64,000 nucleotides of DNA, taken from NCBI GenBank assembly GCA_001600695.1, contig BCKQ01000001.1, positions 183,392-247,391 of the forward strand, read 5' to 3'. The stretch comes from Ascoidea asiatica JCM 7603 (lineage: Eukaryota; Fungi; Ascomycota). This document shows, piece by piece, positions 12,115 through 23,739 of the stretch. The notes beneath the pieces are model-generated. The model saw only the letters and a list, made by a program, of their open reading frames with translations, searched no databases and was not told the origin of the DNA. The position numbers were made by a program, and so were the translations under genes. Every line of letters starts with the position of its first letter. Positions within the stretch are counted from its first letter, which is position 1.

Positions 12115-12839
12115 TTATTTATTGTTTGTATCAGTTAAGTTTTTTGAATGAGTATCAATTAAACTATTTTGAAATTGAAGTAATTCTTTGATAACTTTTG
12201 GTAATAATTCACTTCTAATTAATTTTTTTTCATTAATTTTTTTATAAATTTCTTCAATTTCTTCATTATCATTTGTATCTTTAGTAAATGAATTATTTGA
12301 AATTATAAATTCAAATTCATTTGATTCCATATCATGAATAAATTCAGGTAATTTAATTTCATTTTCAAATAAAATTAATTCATTTTCTTCTTTTTCTTCA
12401 TTTGATTCACTTTCTTTTTTTATATATGTTTTAACTTTAAATTCAATAACTAAATCAAATAAACACTTAGTTTTACCTTTTCTTTGAGTAACATCACAAT
12501 CTCCAATAACTTTAGAAACATCTGAAATTTTGAAATTTATTATTTTTTCATTATTATCTTTATTTAAATTGGATAAATTTTTTGAACTTTCTACAATTAA
12601 TAATTTTTCTGATAAATAATCTTTTGCCCATAGTAAACAGTTCATTTCAACCCAATGCCTTTCATATAAAAAAAAAAAAAAAAAAAAAAAACTATTGTTA
12701 GCTTATGATTACATATTTATTTGTTTTTTATATTTCAGATTAATTATTTCAACAGTAATGAAATACGAAAGAAGTCAATCAATCAAATATGATTATTAAG
12801 AAAAACAACATACCAGTTATTTGGATTATTTACAACCAT
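12115..12839 (-). CDS. HCH1: Hsp90 co-chaperone Hch1 (Aha1 N-domain only). Exons 12839-12814 and 12658-12115; intron 12813-12659
   Basis: Splicing GTATGT...GCTAAC...AAG gives MVVNNPNNWHWVEMNCLLWAKDYL, the Aha1/Hch1 N-terminal motif. GDCDVTQRKGK is present and there is no C-domain. Confidence 0.85.
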
Positions 12840-13003
12840 TTTTATTATATATTTTATATCTTTATTAATTTTTTTTTAATTCAAATTACTTTTCTTTGAT
12901 TTTTGAAAGTTCAAATTAAAAATTATCAATTATCCAACTTTCTAAATATCTAATTGTCTAAATTTTATTAAACTATTTATATTATTTCAGATAATCTAAA
13001 TTA

Positions 13004-13184
13004 TTCTCGAATATTTAGTTTAAGAAACTAGTGAAATATTCCAGTATAAGGAGTTTTCAATTTTTCAATTTCCAAGTCTTCTATTATCTATTATCAACGC
13101 AATATTGCACGCATTATTACTTTTTCTACTCTAATTTCTCCACGCAATTCTCTTCTCTCGATTATTCTAGAAACAATGGCACGT
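13004..13184. promoter_or_regulatory. HSE-like elements and a CACGTG box upstream of HCH1
   Basis: TTCtcGAA (13004-13011), GATtaTTCtaGAA (13160-13172) and CACGTG (13179-13184). Plausible for a chaperone gene, but this is a motif match only. Confidence 0.4.
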
Positions 13185-13564
13185 GAAAAGCGTAAAAGAA
13201 TAAAGTATACCTCGAATTAAAACAGAGACCTGTTACTAAATTCTTGTTTCTGGTTATTCGGTTTCTTTTCTTGCTCCTGATCAAAATTCCACCTACAAAC
13301 TTTATCAATTGTTTGGCTCTGTCAATGGAAGATTTCAAGAAAAAAAAATGGATTTGAGAAGACCCGTAATATTGGATTCTTAGTTAAAATGTTTATTGGA
13401 GACCATTTTTATGGATATTGTATTTTTATATTTTTATATTTTTATGTTAGTTATTACAGTAATTACTTTTTTCAAGAGCGAAAGATATTATTGGAATAAT
13501 ATATTCATTATATTAATATGAATGAAAAAAAAAATTAAAATGAGAAGAATAATGGAAAGATTAA

Positions 13565-14101
13565 TTAACTAAGTAAAGTTTTAACCATACCAGAAATACT
13601 GGAGATAGCAGAAGCTACAACACCAACTTCAGGAACTCCAGCAAGAGTAGAAACACCTGCAACTGCACCTGCAACTGAAGAAATAATTTCAGCAGCTTCT
13701 GAAGCATCTGCAACAGCTGTTGGAAGAGAAAAATCACCTAGATCAATATTTAATTTTGTTGCAATATCACCTAAACCTTCTGCAATTTCACTACCAAATC
13801 CTGCAACTTCATAAACATCACCAGTTGTAGTTGAAGTAACTAAAGTTGTTGTTACAGTTGAAGTTGCACTAACTGCAGAAGTAATTGAAGTTGTTGATTG
13901 ATTAGCAGCTGCTTCAAAAATTACACTAACAATAGATTCAATTAATGGATTACTAGTATCATTAGCAGTTGAATTTTTTAAACCATTATTTGTATAAGAA
14001 ACATCTGCTGTATAACTACCAACTGCAAGATTTGAAATAACTGCACCTTTAGAAACAGCTAAGATTAAAGATAATGAAGATAAAATTGATTTGTATTGCA
14101 T
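13565..14101 (-). CDS. Secreted Ser/Thr/Ala/Gly-rich protein of unknown function, copy B
   Basis: 178 aa with signal peptide MQYKSILSSLSLILAVSKGA, colinear with 292-858. TATAAAA at 14284-14278. Confidence 0.85.
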   Translation of the reverse strand: MQYKSILSSLSLILAVSKGAVISNLAVGSYTADVSYTNNGLKNSTANDTSNPLIESIVSVIFEAAANQSTTSITSAVSATSTVTTTLVTSTTTGDVYEVAGFGSEIAEGLGDIATKLNIDLGDFSLPTAVADASEAAEIISSVAGAVAGVSTLAGVPEVGVVASAISSISGMVKTLLS

Positions 14102-15233
14102 TTTGAGAAATGTATTGGTTTTTTTTTTTTTTTTTGGTTAATTTATTAAAAAATAAGAATTAAAATAGTCAAAAGGAGTGAATTATTGTTGTTATTTATT
14201 GAAAATAAGATAATAAAAGATAATAATTTATAAAATATATTTCTCTTATTTACTGTAAAATGAAGAAAATCACTTCCTTTTATAACATAATTTCATCATC
14301 AATTCAAAGAGTTTATTAAATATCAATTATTCAAAAAAAAAAAAATATTGTTTTCTTCAAAATTAATTAATTGAAATATTTATTTTACGGCATTTTCAAT
14401 TAAAAATTTAATAATTTAAAATCTCAGAATCAATTTTTTGTATTTGATTTACAATATCTGAGTATAAATTCTTATTATTTAAAAGAAAACCCTTTTATAA
14501 TTATTAATAATTTTCATTTTAGAATGATATAATATATATAAAAGTGAATATTAAAAATTATTAATAAAACAATAAAATGATTTTCAATTAATTATCTACG
14601 TAAGTTAACGAGGCAATGATTGATTTTCTATTCGATTTTTTCATGAATCAAGAAGAAATATAATATAAAAGATACAATATTTGGAATACAGTAATAGAAT
14701 AAATTGAGTAAATGAGTAATGAGATTTAAAGTGCACATGTTTTTTAGAATTAAACCACTCAAATACTCAACTAATTAACTATTGAATAATTATTAATATA
14801 CTATTGAGAGTATTGTAATGGTGGATATTCATAAAGTGAATATCAAACAATATATATGTTAAGGAAGAATACAAAAATACAAGAAAAGAAGGAATCAAAT
14901 TCAATTACAAAAATTGTATTGCTTGAGAAGAAAATGGGTTTTCATTCTAAATATTCATATTTTTAGAATTCATTCAATTCTAAAATCAAAAGAACCACAA
15001 AACTGGCGATAACCTCAGACCTCGGTACTTTTGGGGGTTTCAAAGTCTATTAGGGGGTCTGTTACAATTATTACAGTAATTATTACAGTAATTATTAATA
15101 TAAATAGAATAATAAATTTTTTAAAATAATATTTGTTAAAATAATACACAGGAATAGTAAATTTATAATATTAAAAGATTATTAACATGAGTAATATAAG
15201 ATAATATGTAATGATATTTATTTATTTAATTAT

Positions 15234-15704
15234 TTATTTATTAACAGCAGCTTCTGCACAAGTTCTTAATTCATTCAATTCAATAAAACAATTATTTCTA
15301 CTTTTATTTTTATTTAAATTTAATTTTAAACAATTTTCATAATTTTTTAAATTTATTTGACAATTTTTTTGAATTTTTTTAAAACCAATAACTTTATTTT
15401 TTATACAATTTGAAAGATTTTTTTGTTTAAATTTACAATCATTTAATAAATTTTCTTTATTTTCATCATTATAATTATCATTATTTTTATTAATATTTTT
15501 TGAATCTGAAAATTTATTTAATTTATTTAAAGATCTATGATAATCTAAAAATTCAACAGGACATGTTTTTGCAATCTATTTTAAATTCAATTTTAATTTT
15601 ATTAAGTTAGTGATTGTATTTATATTTAAAATCAATTGATAAAAATCTTGGAGATAATTATAACTTACATCTTCTATTAGTATTTGATCTAAAGCACCTG
15701 ACAT
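15234..15704 (-). CDS. MIX14: Mitochondrial intermembrane-space CX9C protein Mix14 (Mic14). Exons 15704-15669 and 15575-15234; intron 15668-15576
   Basis: Not in the ORF track. Splicing GTAAGT...CACTAAC...TAG gives MSGALDQILIEDIAKTCPVEFLDYHRS...CKFKQKNLSNC...CQINLKNYENC...CFIELNELRTC, which resembles Mix14. Confidence 0.8.
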
Positions 15705-16054
15705 TTTTTGAATAATTTAACTTTTCTTAAGTAATTGATATATATTTTTAATATAATTTGTATTATCAATGTTATATAATAGTATATTTGATATTTATAT
15801 AAATATTTACTAGTAATATAGCTTTATGATCTATGATTGCTTTATGTTTGCTTTATTTACCTGCGATTTGATTCATTTTCACTCGATTTTGAAATTACCG
15901 TTGAAAGAAAATAAAATTCGGTCACATTTTAGAATATATAAAAGATATTCAAAATAACAAATTCAATAGGAAATATATTGAGAGTCCAAGAAAGAGTAAG
16001 TAAGTTAAATAGATAAAATAAATAGATAAAATACATATATTATATTATAGTATA

Positions 16055-16516
16055 TCATGATAAAACACTATTTAATTCATCAGCTTCTTCTAATTGATCT
16101 TGTTGAGTGACTCTTTTAAGTACTTCTCTTTTACTACTTTCTTGAATTTGACCATCTAATAATAATTCATCTAAGATATAATAAGCAGTTTGAAAATTAA
16201 ATATAATATCTAATTCACAAACATTACCATAAATTTTATCCATCTGTTCAACATATCTTTGAATAATTTCTAACATTAATAATTCATTATCATCATTATT
16301 TATACCAATAACAAAAAATAAACTTGCATATCTTCTATAAACTATTTTATAATCTTTATATTCAATTATATTACACATTTTTGCTTTTCTATTTAAAACT
16401 ATTGCAGTTAATTCTCTTATTATTTTTAATTTTTCTTTTTGAATATATGGTAAATACCATTTTGATAATCGAATTTTTCCTTGTCTTGATAGTAATAATA
16501 AATATTTAACTCCCAT
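16055..16516 (-). CDS. APS1: AP-1 clathrin adaptor sigma subunit
   Basis: [22 protein letters not shown] and [12 protein letters not shown] motifs; 153 aa. Confidence 0.92.
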   Translation of the reverse strand: MGVKYLLLLSRQGKIRLSKWYLPYIQKEKLKIIRELTAIVLNRKAKMCNIIEYKDYKIVYRRYASLFFVIGINNDDNELLMLEIIQRYVEQMDKIYGNVCELDIIFNFQTAYYILDELLLDGQIQESSKREVLKRVTQQDQLEEADELNSVLS

Positions 16517-16861
16517 TTTTATAATTGTGATTGTGATTGTGATTGTGATTGATTCATATGTAGGTTTGTTCTAATACTATTTCTAGCTACACTTCTTATC
16601 ACACTCATCAATTGCTTTTATCTCTTCATCATTCCTTCATTAACTGAATTGATTGTTGTCTATCATTATTGTTGTTATTGTTGTTGTGCTTGTTTCCTGG
16701 TGGTGAGCTGTAATCTATTACCAGAGCTGTGGATCTTCCTCTTCCAGCAACTTCACTTCTTTCTTTTTCCTTCAAGCCCTGCACGGGATTCGATTTCACT
16801 TTCACTTTCACTTTTACTTTTACTTTTAGTGTAGTTTTGGTTTGGGTTTTACTTTTAGGAA

Positions 16862-16930
16862 TTTCAATGTCAGTTTCAATGTCAGTTTCAATGCCCATTT
16901 CAAGGTCCATTTCTAGGTCAATTTCCAGCT
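16862..16930. repeat. Degenerate 12-bp minisatellite (about 6 units, TTTCAATGTCAG-like)
   Basis: TTTCAATGTCAG twice, then TTTCAATGCCCA, TTTCAAGGTCCA, TTTCTAGGTCAA and TTTCCAG. Confidence 0.7.
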
Positions 16931-17710
16931 GATAAAGGAATGAAGCATGAAATATCAAATAGAAACCAGAAAACCCGAAGAATCTCTGCAAATTTTCACA
17001 TAGAAAGTAACAGGAGAATTATTGCTAGTAATAACATCAACTGTAAGCAATGTGATCAATCATGTAAATATAACCCAATGCAATTACAAATACAATTATA
17101 TTACAAATAAATACAATTACAAATACAGATAAATAAATAAATTAAAAAATAATCAATGACAATTTCCCATTCCAATTCCAATTCCAGTTTGCCACAATTT
17201 TAATTCAACTCTGTTCAACTTTTAACTTAATGTTAATGTTAACTTAACTTGACTTGACTCAAAACAAAAGACGTAGTAAATAAAATTAATGAATTGTAAA
17301 TTACTCAAAAGAAGTTGAATAATCAACTTTAGTTGTAATTACTTTTGAATTTTATTATTTTTGACAACTTTAATCAATCCATTTTTGATTTTGAATTTGA
17401 ATTTGAGTTCAAATGTATATATATATATTATATATATATTATATATTACTATAATATTTAATAATACAACTACAATTAAATTGAATAAATTTATCGAAAA
17501 ATCGAATTGAATTAAAACATCACTATATAAATTATAAAAAGATTAGAAAAAACAAGAAAAAAATTGAAAATAAAATTAAAATTATATCTAAAAGTCCATT
17601 TTTATAAATAAATAAATAAATAAAAGAGAAGTGAATAAAAATTGAAACAAAAGATGAAAAAACAAAAAGATGATGATAATAGATAATAAAAATAGATGAG
17701 AATTAAATTG

Positions 17711-17757
17711 ATTATGATTATGATTATGATTATGATAATCATAATCATAATCATAAT
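17711..17757. repeat. Perfect inverted repeat, 23-bp arms, 1-nt spacer
   Basis: (ATTATG)3ATTAT-G-(ATAATC)3ATAAT read directly from the sequence. Confidence 0.9.
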
Positions 17758-17813
17758 GAAAATGACATGAATAACATGATAAATTTACTTGAATTTATAT
17801 TATATAATACTTT

Positions 17814-18569
17814 TTAATTTTGTTTAATTAAAGTCTTTGTAGTTTCAGGTTTTGTTATTTTATTATGTGTAATATCATTAACTATTCTTCTTTTATTTCT
17901 TAACTTTTTATTATTATTATTATTACTCTTCTTTTTATTACTGCTTTTTTTATCTTCTAAAGATTTCTTTCTATTCTTTAATAAACTAAGATGTAAATAT
18001 TTTCTTAAAACTGAATAATCAATACCAATTTTTTCATTACCACCATTATTATCATTATCATTATTATTATTATTATCATTATCATATGGAACCAATTTAA
18101 AATTATTTTTTTGTAATAAGTAAATAAAATAATCATAATCAATATTTGATTTAATAAAATTTTCTGGATTAATATCTAAACTAGCATATTCAAAATCTAT
18201 TAAATCTAATGGATTTTTTTTAATAAAATTATTTAAAATTGCAGCTTTTGTTAAATAATTTCCATTATTTTTTATATTATTAATATTATTATTATTATTA
18301 TTAATGATTTTTTTTGAATTTATTTTATTATTAAATTTTTTTTTATTTAATTTTTGATTATTTTTATTTTGAATTGATAAAAATTTAATAATTTTTCTAA
18401 TTTTTTTTAATCTTAATAATTGATTTAATTCTAAATTTTTATATGGTCCATCATTGATATTAATAAAATTTGGTTCAAGAGTATTCGGATTAAATATTAA
18501 AGAAAAATTTAAAGAAACTTTTGGAGTTGATAAACAATTACTTGAAGTTTCTGAAGTTGTTGAAGTCAT
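17814..18569 (-). CDS. Hypothetical Asn/Lys-rich protein
   Basis: 251-aa ATG-initiated ORF, too long to be chance in DNA this AT-rich. No family recognised. Confidence 0.6.
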   Translation of the reverse strand: MTSTTSETSSNCLSTPKVSLNFSLIFNPNTLEPNFININDGPYKNLELNQLLRLKKIRKIIKFLSIQNKNNQKLNKKKFNNKINSKKIINNNNNNINNIKNNGNYLTKAAILNNFIKKNPLDLIDFEYASLDINPENFIKSNIDYDYFIYLLQKNNFKLVPYDNDNNNNNDNDNNGGNEKIGIDYSVLRKYLHLSLLKNRKKSLEDKKSSNKKKSNNNNNKKLRNKRRIVNDITHNKITKPETTKTLIKQN

Positions 18570-19773
18570 TATTGAAAAGTTGTATTAATGTATTATTCTA
18601 TAATATATTCTATGATATATTCTATGATATATTCTATGATATATTTTATAATATATATAATATAATATTATTCTTCTTTAGTATTAATAATTATTATTTA
18701 TAATAAAACAGTTTAAAAAGTAAAGAGTGAGTGAGAATAATAATGTATAATATAGAATGTAGAATGTAAAGAATAAAAGAGAAAGTAAAGAGGAAATTAA
18801 AAAAGGGAGAATATTATATCTTTATATATGATATATGATATATGATATATAAATTGTATATTGTGTTTTGTATTATAAATATTATAAACAGGTAAGTGTA
18901 TAGGATTATAAAATTATAAACTTATATTGCTGATTAAAATTTTTTCAAATTAGAGAGAGGTAAAGAATAAGTAGTAGATTTAATTAATAATTGAAATGTA
19001 TTTGTATTTCAAATATATTAGTATGAGAGAATATTCTATTTTATATTATTCACTTTTATTTTTGATATTGGATATTAGATATTAGATATTAGATATTAGA
19101 TATTATATATTATATATTATATATTAGATATTGATATTTAGTTATGAAATAAATAACCCTTTTGTCATTAGTTGAAATAAATTATAAGTTATATATTAAT
19201 TATTATTTGATAATGAAATTAGAAAACAGGTGAATCATAATTTTAGTTAAAATCCTTTTATTGATACAGATATTAATACCATGTTGAAATTAATCCTTTG
19301 AATATTATTAGTATCGGTAATATTATATTATATTACTTTATATTATATTATATTATTATGATTATCATATTATATATTATTTTATAAATATTATGGTTAA
19401 GTGGTTACTTGCTAATGGAGATTAGTTATTCAATGGGTTGTTGAATGGTTGTTGGTGAATAATAACTTATGGAGACTGTAACTCATGTGGGTTTGCTTGA
19501 ATATGTTGGATATGTTAAGTGCTAAGTGCTATGTGATATTATTGTGATTGTACGTTTCAGTGTTTGTTCCTTTTAGGAATATTAAAACTTATTGATTATT
19601 CGAAAACAGACGAATTTTTTATAAATAAAAAACTTTCTTTATGAAAATACTCATTTGCCAGTGGTTTGCGAGTGGTTTGTGAGTAGTAAATTTTCACTTG
19701 GTTAGCAAATGTCTGGTGTTGCTTTTGCTTTGCTCACCCTTTTATTATATTCGACTTTGGCGTTGGTGTCGGG

Positions 19774-20050
19774 ACGCGTGATCTACCCGTGACTGACGCG
19801 TGATTTTCTAGCGATTTGGTCGCAATTTTGATTACTGTCACGCGTCTCAGGTCGAAAAAGAAGCCTCCGCAATGGATTCACCCAGGATCAACACGGATTA
19901 ATCTAGAATAATCTAGGATCAGCACGGATAATCCGCGGATATCACTCAAGCGCGTACCCATGCTTTATTCCGTAACAGTCTGTGTAGGTAAATTACTCCT
20001 ACATACACCGACAGAACATCCGTACTTCTGGCGTCATCTCATTCACGTGA
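19774..20050. promoter_or_regulatory. MCB cluster (3 x ACGCGT), TCCGCGGA and a Cbf1-type TCACGTGA in the divergent promoter of the orphan gene and CDC27
   Basis: ACGCGT at 19774, 19796 and 19840; TCCGCGGA at 19932-19939; TCACGTGA at 20043-20050. Confidence 0.6.
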
Positions 20051-20409
20051 CTGTTTGTGTTTTTGTTCAGTTTCAAAGCTTTGTTTTGTTTTGTTTTCTT
20101 CTTCTGCTGCCTCTGCTGCTTTTGCTTCTTCTGCTGATTCTTCTTCTTTCTCTGAGTGCTCCTTTCCTTGATTCTTCTGCTTCTTTTGCTTTTCAATTGA
20201 ATACTCTCAATTCTAAACGCCCATTGAGCTGTTTCTTTCTTTCTTTAATGCCTGTTTTCAACCGCTACTGATATTTTACTAAGCAAAATCTTTTTCAAAA
20301 GAGAACTACTTATAACTTCAATAACAATTACAATCACCATCAATATATTAATATATCAATATATTAAATAATCATAAAGAAATCAAATATTAGTTCTTCT
20401 TATTTCAAA

Positions 20410-21267
20410 ATGAGTGTTCAGGATTATACAATTCATCAATTGAAATCGACGATATGGTATTGTCTAGATAATGATCTTCTAGAAAGTGCTGAATTTAACG
20501 CCGAAAGATTACTTACAATAACAAATAATAACAATAATTCAATAAATAATAATATTAATAATAATAATAATAATACTAATAATATAAACATAAATTCAAG
20601 TAATAACAATAATATTATTTCAAATACAAAACTCAATTTAAACAATAAATTAAATTCAATTGATCCAAATATTTCAAATCTAAATTCAAATTCAAATTCA
20701 AATTCAAATTCAAATCCTCAATCTCAATCTCAATATCTTGATTCTTTATATCTTTATGGTTTAGTTTTATATAAATTAAGAAAATATAAATCTGCTTTTA
20801 ATATATGTTCAGATTATTTAAATATTGGTTGTGCATATATTTATGCAAAATGTTCTTTAATCTTAGGTCTAGAAAATGATGGTATTCAAGCTTTATTACA
20901 AATTTTAAATTCTTCAAAATTTAATAATAATTTTAATAAAAATGATTATTATTATCCTTTAAATAATACTTTTGAATTAAATTATTATCCAAGATATTCA
21001 ATACCTGATATTCCTGCAATTTATTCTTTATTAGGTAAATTATTTCAAAAATCTGGTGATTTTAAAAAAAGTGCAATTTATCATACAAATGCAATTAAAT
21101 TAAATCCATATTTATTTGAATCTTTTGAAGATTTATCTAAAATGGGTATAAATATTAAAACAAATTCAATTTTTAAACCAAAAAATTTAATTGAAATTAT
21201 TAATAATCAAATTACAAATCAAAATACAAATCAAAATTCAAATTTAAATCAAATTCAAAATGATTCA

Positions 21268-21298
<31 letters not shown>

Positions 21299-22914
21299 TT
21301 AATAATATTAATAATCTCAATTATAATACAAATACAACTGATTTTAATACTCCTTTACAAAATAGAAAAAAAATGTTATTCTCAAATTCTTCTTTATCTC
21401 AATCAAATTTACCTCCAATGAATCCAAAAACTTTTTTCAATAAACAATCTTCTAATCAATATAATCAAAATAATTCAATAAATAATTCAATAAATAATTC
21501 TATAAATAATTCATTAAACAATTCAAATATTCCAGATCAACAATCTTCTCAAAAAGAATTTCAAACTCCAATTTCAAAACCAAGATTAATTAATAGTATT
21601 TCAAGTAATTTATCAAATAATATTTTAGATAATTCTTTAAATACTTCTTCAGCTAGAAAATTAAGATCTTCAACTCTTTTAAATTCCGCAAGAAAATCTG
21701 CTAAAGTTTCTTCAAGATTAACTAATTTCACAAATAGTAATAACACTAATAATAATCATCATAATGCTAATATTATCAATATTACTAATACAAACAATAA
21801 TAATAATGTTAATAATAGTAATTTAAGTATAATGAATAATGTAAATAATTTAGCTGATATTAGTATTTCTTCAAATATTAATATTCCATACGTATCATCT
21901 TTAAATCTTTTAAAAAAAGATAATATTCAACAAGCTGAAAATAATTTAATTACTTTATATTCAATTTTCGCAAAAGGTTTAAAATCAATGAATAAATATG
22001 ATTCTTTTAAAGCAATTAGAATCTTTAATTCATTACCTGATAATCATTTAAATTCAATTTATGTTTTAAGTAAATTAGCAAAATTAAATTTTGAAATTAT
22101 TAATTATTCAAAATCTGAAAATTATTTTATTAAAATTAGAAATTTAGATAGAACAAGAATTAAAGATATGGAAATTTATTCAACTTTATTATGGCATTTA
22201 CATAAAGAAAATGAATTAAGTTATTTAGCTCATGAATTATATGAAATTAATAAAAATACTCCAGAAACTTGGTGTACTATTGGTAATTTATTTTCTTTAA
22301 TTAGAGAACCTGAAGAAGCAATAAAATGTTTTAAAAGAGCTATTCAAATTGATCCAAATTTTTCTTATGCTTATACTTTACAAGGTCATGAACATGCTTC
22401 AAATGATGCTTATGAAAATGCTTTACAATGTTTTAGAAGTGCTTTATTATATCATCCAAGACATTATAATGCTTTATATGGTATTGGCAAAGTTTATTTA
22501 AATCTTGGTGATAATATTAGAGCGGAATATTATTTTAGAAAAGCAAGTTCAATTAATCCATTAAATGTAATTTTAACATGTTGTGTTGGAATGGTTTTAG
22601 AAAGATTAGGTAAAAGAGAAGAAGCTTTAAAACAATATGAATTAGCTAATGAAATTCAACCTTTAGCTCCATTAGCTCTATTTAAAAAAGCTCAATTATT
22701 ATTTGTTTTATCAAGATATCAAGCTTCAATGATAGAATTTGAAAAATTAAAAGAAATTGCACCTGATGAAGCAACTGTTCATTTTCTTTTAGCACAATTG
22801 TATAAGATTTTGAATAGAAAAATTGATGCTATTAAAGAATTCACTGTTGCTTTAAATCTTGATCCAAAAGGTAGTCATTTAATCAAAGAAGCAATGGAAA
22901 GTATAAATTCATAA
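20410..22914 (+). CDS. CDC27: Anaphase-promoting complex TPR subunit Cdc27/Apc3
   Basis: N-terminal AEFNAERL, C-terminal TPRs with MEIYSTLLWHL, PETWCTIGNLFSL, YAYTLQGHE and RHYNALYGIG. Poly-Asn inserts. Confidence 0.93.
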
Positions 22915-23739
22915 TAAAATTTTAAAACTTTTTAATAATATGAAAATCAAAGAAAATTAATAAACCTTGAAATTCAATTTATGCTCAAATAAAAACCAAT
23001 TTAAAGAAGCTGACTACGATAATTATTATCATGATGTGGGTTAAAATTATCTGTTTCCATGACAATTGAAACCATATCTCAATTCATATTAATACAAGGT
23101 ATTATTGTATGTGATGAACATTTATGTTTGACTTTATATTGCAATATTTTTACTTTTAAAATATGTGTATCATAGATTTGATAACTAGAAATTATTTTTG
23201 AAGGCTTATAATGTTAATTAACAATGAAAAAATTAAAGAAAAGTTTCTAAATAATGTGCACAAGGTAAACAAATCCTTCCATGAATATCATAAGAAATGA
23301 ATTTTTCTCAATATGATAGATATTGTACATTATTATTATTTCATTAGATAAATCAAAATAAATATTCCAAACTAATAAATATTTCATCATAGATATAAAC
23401 TGTAGAAACCAGTTTAAAATTAGGAAAAAATTGATTCCGAAAAGTACTATTGTATTAGTTGAGCACATCACATTCACTCGACAAGACTAAAATGGAAATT
23501 ATTATTTCGGGCAAGAACGTTTGTTAATCTTTTTAAATGATTTAAGAATTTTACAAAAGGGTACATCAAATGGTGAATAGGAAATCAACTTACTTTCAAA
23601 AAATTTTATTTTTTATTATTATATAAAACATTATAATTATGTAAAATTTCAATTGAAATCTAAATAATTTTGACTTACATTAAAATATAAACAGCAGTAC
23701 AGAGAATTGAAAACTAAAAAATTTATAAATCTATAAATT

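Noticed and set aside
16775-16800. TCGAATCCCG resembling a tRNA T-arm
   Set aside because: It lacks GTTCG, and no cloverleaf or A-box can be built.
16629-16991. 120-aa ORF with KVKVKV and IETD repeats, plus overlapping ORFs
   Set aside because: It has a non-ATG start and is simply the translation of 6- and 12-bp repeats.
20043-20050. CDEI-like TCACGTGA as a point centromere (also near 61566)
   Set aside because: There is no AT-rich CDEII plus CDEIII arrangement, and both sit in promoters.
19960-20271. 103-aa Leu-rich ORF upstream of CDC27
   Set aside because: It is the translation of a CT-rich promoter tract, with no other support.
22915-23739. Possible LTR or snoRNA in the CDC27-GRE2 gap
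   Set aside because: Only isolated TGATGA-like words are present. I could not identify terminal repeats, a TSD or a guide sequence.
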